Positions 59,091 to 64,000 of a stretch of DNA of 64,000 nt are shown here, piece after piece. Under the pieces are notes generated by a model, which saw nothing but the letters and a program-made list of their open reading frames with translations, ran no database searches and was not told where the DNA came from. Within the stretch, counting starts at the first letter, position 1; each line of letters opens with the position of its first letter. The position numbers and the translations under genes are program-made. The DNA is from Marsupella aquatica (Eukaryota > Plantae > Marchantiophyta), in assembly GCA_973895155.1 (NCBI GenBank), contig OZ316892.1:3537223-3601222 (forward strand). Reading direction: 5' to 3'.

Positions 59091-61316
59091 TCTTACTATA
59101 AAAGCGTCAACTGAAGTTTGCTGTGAAGAACCTTGGTCTAGAGTGAAGCCTCTAGACCGTAACTCTATGGTCATCATGTGTATGTGAAAAACTCATATGG
59201 ATGTGCGTACAAAAAGAGTATTATGCACATAAAGAAGAATGGTATATTATATATTACTATTAAAATGATAGTTTTTTAAAAAATAGTATGTAGTATTGCA
59301 CTAAGGACATAAATCAACATTTAATGTCCAAAACTCGGTATTCGATCCCATGGAAGAACAAGAAAGGAATGATTTTCTATCATTTAACATTTATGAATGA
59401 CTAAGGTAACAAAAACACAGGTTTGAGCCTTTTATTATGATTGCTCAGCAAGGCATAGATTTGAAAGTTGCTTAACATTGTAAATGCAATTAATAAAATG
59501 AAAACAAATAACAAAACACAATGAAATCTTGAGGTATGATGAGGGAGTCTAGAAAACACCAAGGTAACTTCTCAACAACACTTCATTTGACGTGATTTGG
59601 GTGGTACATCCGTAAGAACATTTTTGTAATGGTTTACTGTACTAGGATGATTACTAAAATGCCGTCAACACGTCTCAACTTTTCCTTCCAAAGGTACTCA
59701 GAAGAAACTAGTAATCAATCACTTTGATATCCAGTCGGTACTTTGCATCACGAATCATAAACATCATCATGATCAAATTGAAGTCATAGGTAATTGGTGA
59801 GTAATAATCTTTGCATCCCGTGCACAAGCAATGACACGCCAAAAACTATGCATCAAGAACTCAAGAAGATGGGTTGTCACCACTTAAGGAATCTATTCCC
59901 TCATACTTCTGAGATTCAACTTCATACAAATAATTTTACTTCAATGATCTAAACTCTCAATCATTCAAACCAAGGAAGGGAGAAGAATTCCTTTGCATTT
60001 GCAAGCTCCATACAAAAACAACATGAAAGCTTTACTTTGCAAAGGTGATTCAATGCTGCAACACATGCCACAAGCACTACTTTATTTCTTCACACTCGAG
60101 AATGACACAAATTCTACTTCATATAGGCTAGCAGGAACCCAAGGAGACTGAGATACTGAAAGGACATGCCCTTTCATATCTAAAGGGTCTTGAATAAACT
60201 TAATGACGGTAATCCTTGAAAAGTGAATGGACACTATTGAAAGTGTCAAAAATGCAGGGGACGCTTCTCAAAGCATCGAGGTTTGAGCGGACGCTTTGCA
60301 AAGCGTCGGTTTTTGCGGTAAAACTAATAAATAGTGATTTTGTCAGAATTGTAACTTTTAAACTAAGAGTCGGAATGAGTTGAAACTTTTCTAGGGTACT
60401 CTACTACATATAATCTCTATGTAGACAAAGTTTCAAACTTTTCTGAGACCTCTAAGTGTCTCAAATAAATTGGTAAAAGTGGTGCGGTGTTATAAAAGTG
60501 CAAAAATTGAAATTTTTTCTAAGTGTCGGGAACATAGTGGACGCTTCAGTCAGGCGTCAATACTTGGCGAACGCTTTCGAAAGCGTCACTTCTCATGTAG
60601 ACGCTTCTCAAAGCGTAGTGGTCTTGGGTGGACGCTTCAGAAAACGTCCAAAAATACAAGGGACGCTTTACAAAGCGTCGACGAAGTTGCAGTTGTGCAA
60701 AAAAAAAAGCAAAACTAAATTAATTCTAACTTTCAAACCACAAGTTGGTTTGAGCTAAAACTTTTAGGATGATTCTACTACGCAACTACTACCTCCTGAA
60801 AAAGTATGAGACTTTTCTGATCATGATAACTATTTAATTAAAATAGCAGAGATCGGTTGATCATGATAATTGCACACAGAGCTCATTCTTGCTGAAGAAG
60901 TGTTTTGGAGTCCGGTTCTTGAATCTTCTAGTCTGCATTGCTTCTTGTCCAATATAGGTAATAGCCTTCGATGAAGCATAACATTAGATAAAGTGTTCAG
61001 TTGATCTAAATTGCTACAATAGGTAACTAGACTACACCTTTGAATTAGAAAAAGTTCAAAATTTATAAAATTTCCATCATTTCTAACTAATGTACTGTAT
61101 TACAATTTTATTAACCTTCAAAGAATATGGCCATCATGTGAAAAACTCATTTGGATGTGCATACAAAAAGAATGATGTGCACATAAAGGAGAAAGATATA
61201 TTATATATGATTATTAAAATGATGGATTTTTTATATATGAATAGAGAATATATTTTAATGACATTTTTATTGTCCTCTCCGCTATTCATGTTCAAAAAAC
61301 GGGTAGTCGGGGCTAG
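59091..61316 (+). mobile_element. Non-autonomous Helitron
   Basis: Starts TCTTACTATAAAAG, ends with an imperfect hairpin (61279-61302) + 10 nt + CTAG. Sits between A59090 and T61317 with no TSD. Its removal restores the transposase codons CAT AAC A|TG ATA. Confidence 0.88.
59289..61018. mobile_element. Second, diverged family-X solo LTR inside the Helitron
   Basis: TGTAGT...CTACA. Block 60321-60558 is clearly homologous to 36962-37196 and carries the same GACGCTT...AAGCGTC palindromes. TSD not clean. Confidence 0.6.
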
Positions 61317-62633
61317 TGTTATGTACAATGATACAAGAAAGAACGATGTCTTTGATCACAACTTGGTTGTGGATCCAAACAGGATTTTGAATAATGCTAA
61401 AATGAGCTTGTAGCACACCAAAAGCTCTCTCAACATCTTTTCATGCACCTTCGTGGCATTTGGCAAACCACTTCCTTGCTTCACCCTGTGGCAGTGCTAT
61501 AGTTTGAACAAAGATGGACCAATCTGGATAGATACCATCACTGAGGAGGTAATATCTGTCGTATTGTGATGCATTCACAATAAATTTCAAGTCATGAGCC
61601 TCACTTCTCAAAAGATTGTTCACCAGTGGGGACCTGTCCAAAACGTTCAAATCATTGTTGCGTCCAAGGAGGCCAAAATACGCATGCCAGATCCAGAGGG
61701 ACTGGTCTGCAATTGCTTCTAACACAATTGATTTTTGTTTGTCCTTGTTTGTGAAGAGCCCTTGCCATGGAACAGGGCAATTTTTCCAGACATCATGCAT
61801 GCAATCTAATAAGCAAACATACCAGGAAATCCTCTCCCTTCATTGATTTCCAGTTGTCTCTCCATGTCTTCCTTGGTTGGTTGCCTCAAGTAATGCCCCT
61901 AAAAAACTCCACGAACAGCTCTGCAAAATTTCTTCAAAGAATCCATAGCTGTTGCCTCTCCAATCCGGCAATACTCGTCCATGGCATCTGCTGAAACTCC
62001 AAGCGAAAGTTGTCTCAATGCTGCTGTCATTTTCTGTATTGAGGACAGACCATCCACTCTAGCAGCATCCTGTTTTTGGAGGAAATAATTGTCAGCTTCA
62101 CACACTGAATCATGGATTTTCCAAAAGAGATGTCTTCTCATTCTATAGCGCCTCCTAAATTGGGCATCAGTGTACATTGGATTCTCTAAAAAATAGTCTT
62201 TCCATATTCTCTCATGCCCAAGCTCTCTTTCCCGATCAATGTTCTTGCTTTTTCCAGGCAAAGATCCACCTCATTTCTTGCTTCTGTGTTGTTTGTAGAA
62301 CTCCATGAGAGCCAGGGGTGCAGAAACTGTTGTGTGCTCCCACCAGGTCTGCTCTTGTTCCAGTTCTTTCAATTCATCTTGAATCTTTTGATTCAATTGA
62401 GTCCGCCATTGACCATGAGAGGTCATCGCGAAATAATAGCATGCAACGACCGCAATTGATTGACAAAAATTGATCACCAAATAGAACAGGAATTGTTGCT
62501 CCAAATGCGAATTTCAATCCCATCCCTAATTAAACTTTGGTCCCTGTGATCATTGAAGCTATGGATGACGTGAAATTGCGTCGAAGATTTCCAGCTATGG
62601 TGGCCAGGTATTGATCGAAGCTGTGGCGCTATG

Positions 62634-62978
62634 TGTTGAGCATAGACGACAATCGCAACGGCAAGCCCATGAACCATCCAACGCACAAGAGTCAACACAG
62701 AGAGATACATGGTTCACCTCCACATGAGGCTACGTCCACAGGAACACACAAGAGCTTTACTGCACTCTAGGCCGACCGGCCATACCAAGCATCCACAGCG
62801 CAAGCTCTCTCTATCTCTCAACTAGCTCCGTAACAATAAGCCTAAGTTCTCACTCTCCAAGCAAACACCACTTGGTTATAGAGTGTGCACAACATGACTA
62901 ACCTAACCTAGTCTGCGACTAAGGTTAGCCTTAACTACGGTACAATTGTAACTCTAGACCTAAGAGTAAATCATAACA
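62634..62978 (-). mobile_element. Copia solo LTR (same family as the Copia B LTR)
   Basis: TG...CA, 345 bp, perfect TSD CTATG (62629-62633, 62979-62983). Near-identical to 23794-23825 + 30147-30459. Confidence 0.93.
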
Positions 62979-63354
62979 CTATGGAGTCGATTAAGCTTTG
63001 CAACTATGGTGGCCGGGCCTCCTCGAGCATCAAGCAGCAGCCATGCTCGACGTTTTGTGTGGGGTACGTCAACAATGGAGTTGGACAGGAGCAAGGTGTT
63101 TCGAACTCGGGTCAAAAAATAGCGGAGGGATTTAGCAGGATGGGTGGGGAACCCTACCCACTGCAATTAGTGCCCGGACCGGCAAGTGCCATTTGGCCTC
63201 AGCACTTTGGCTTATATGGACCAGTATGGTCCGCATGGGTGCGGATGCTCTTAGATCTGATAGGTAAGGAACTCAAGCCTTGGGGCCATTGCCCTTGGTT
63301 CCCCACTATATGTCAAGCTTGAGGCATAAATTTTCAGTCAGTCTTTGAATGTCA

Positions 63355-64000
63355 TCTTACTAATAAGGGGGATGGAAACCTGCGTTTCAGGTTCCTGTTT
63401 AGAGTGAAGCATCTACAGTAGGCAGTGATTCTAAGGGAATAACTTAAATGCATACAGAAAGAGGGATGAGAGCAAAGACAAACTGGAAATAATAAAGAAA
63501 AAGGAATTTTGCAAGATTTTGTCTCATCTCTATCTACGTTCAACTGTTCACGTAAATATTAGGTAATATGGATAGGGTTGGAAAACTAGGGTCTATCCAT
63601 GCACGTTGAGTCTTAGAGTGAGGCTGACTTTACAAGACCTCATGGGCATCTCGTGGGCATTGGTGACTCACCAAAGACCTGGGCACTTGTACTTTTTTTA
63701 ATCAAAGACTTGGAGGGGCATTTTGAGACCAAAAGATAGACTTATGGTCAAAGACATGGGCACTTGTGACTTTTTTTCACTAGAGAATTGAAGGGGCCAC
63801 TTCTCTTTCTACCGACAGACTACACGAAAGAATTGGACGCCACTTCTCTTTCTAAAGATAGACTACACTTCCTTTCACCAAAGAACTGGAAGGCCACTTC
63901 TCGTGCTGAAGATATATTCGAGACAGAACTCTTGTAAAATAAAATTCAACAATTACAAATTGCTTGAATGAAAGAGCCAAAAAATTTAATGGTAAGTGTT
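63355..64000 (+). mobile_element. Possible Helitron 5' end with internal tandem repeats, running out of the window
   Basis: A|TCTTACTAATAAG resembles the 5' end at 59091. Degenerate repeats CAAAGAC.TGGGCACTTGT and GAATTG..GGCCACTTCTC at ~63630-63905. Confidence 0.4.

Larger units (their letters stand above)
58866..62426 (-). pseudogene. PIF/Harbinger DDE transposase, split by a Helitron (pieces 62426-61317 and 59090-58866)
   Basis: DYF...FRRRYRMRRHLF, GLSSIQKMTAALRQL, DEYCRIGE, LDCMH...WKNCP, YLLSDGIYP, KDVERAFGVLQ, CIIVHN|MIIEDER, NDLVEHLW. Confidence 0.93.
23655..63250. mobile_element. PIF/Harbinger DNA transposon hosting all nested insertions (only ~3.1 kb of its own sequence remains)
   Basis: Perfect 12-bp TIR GAGCATCCGCAC (23655-23666) / GTGCGGATGCTC (63239-63250), flanked by TTA on both sides (23652-23654, 63251-63253). 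A Harbinger transposase and a Myb-like gene lie inside near the right end. Confidence 0.85.

Noticed and set aside
62634-62978. Possible missing 5' LTR of Copia B
   Set aside because: It has its own CTATG TSD on both sides and no PBS; Copia B's flank is CCCCC.

Overview
Eukaryotic nuclear DNA from a land plant; the gene content looks bryophyte-like, but the species cannot be determined from the sequence. The first ~23 kb holds host genes: the 3' end of a Rieske-type gene, an intronless calmodulin-like gene, a 4-exon NPF (NRT1/PTR) transporter lacking the ExxER motif, and an MDR/formaldehyde-dehydrogenase-like pseudogene, plus repeats and a probable Helitron. Positions 23655-63250 are one PIF/Harbinger transposon (TIR GAGCATCCGCAC, TTA TSD) expanded to ~39.6 kb by nested insertions: two Copia elements (one inside the other), a CACTA-type element with CACAA ends, a Gypsy element, a Helitron and three solo LTRs. 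The most unusual observations are: (1) the CACTA element encodes a spliced Zn-finger + SET-like protein and carries dense AACGTCG motif arrays in all its non-coding segments, a candidate chromatin/anti-silencing system; (2) the Gypsy LTR encodes an RPA1 C-terminal-like OB-fold protein and a chain of overlapping small ORFs; (3) both Copia copies share an in-frame TGA exactly at the gag/pol boundary. All domain assignments come from motif recognition by eye; no database search was run.
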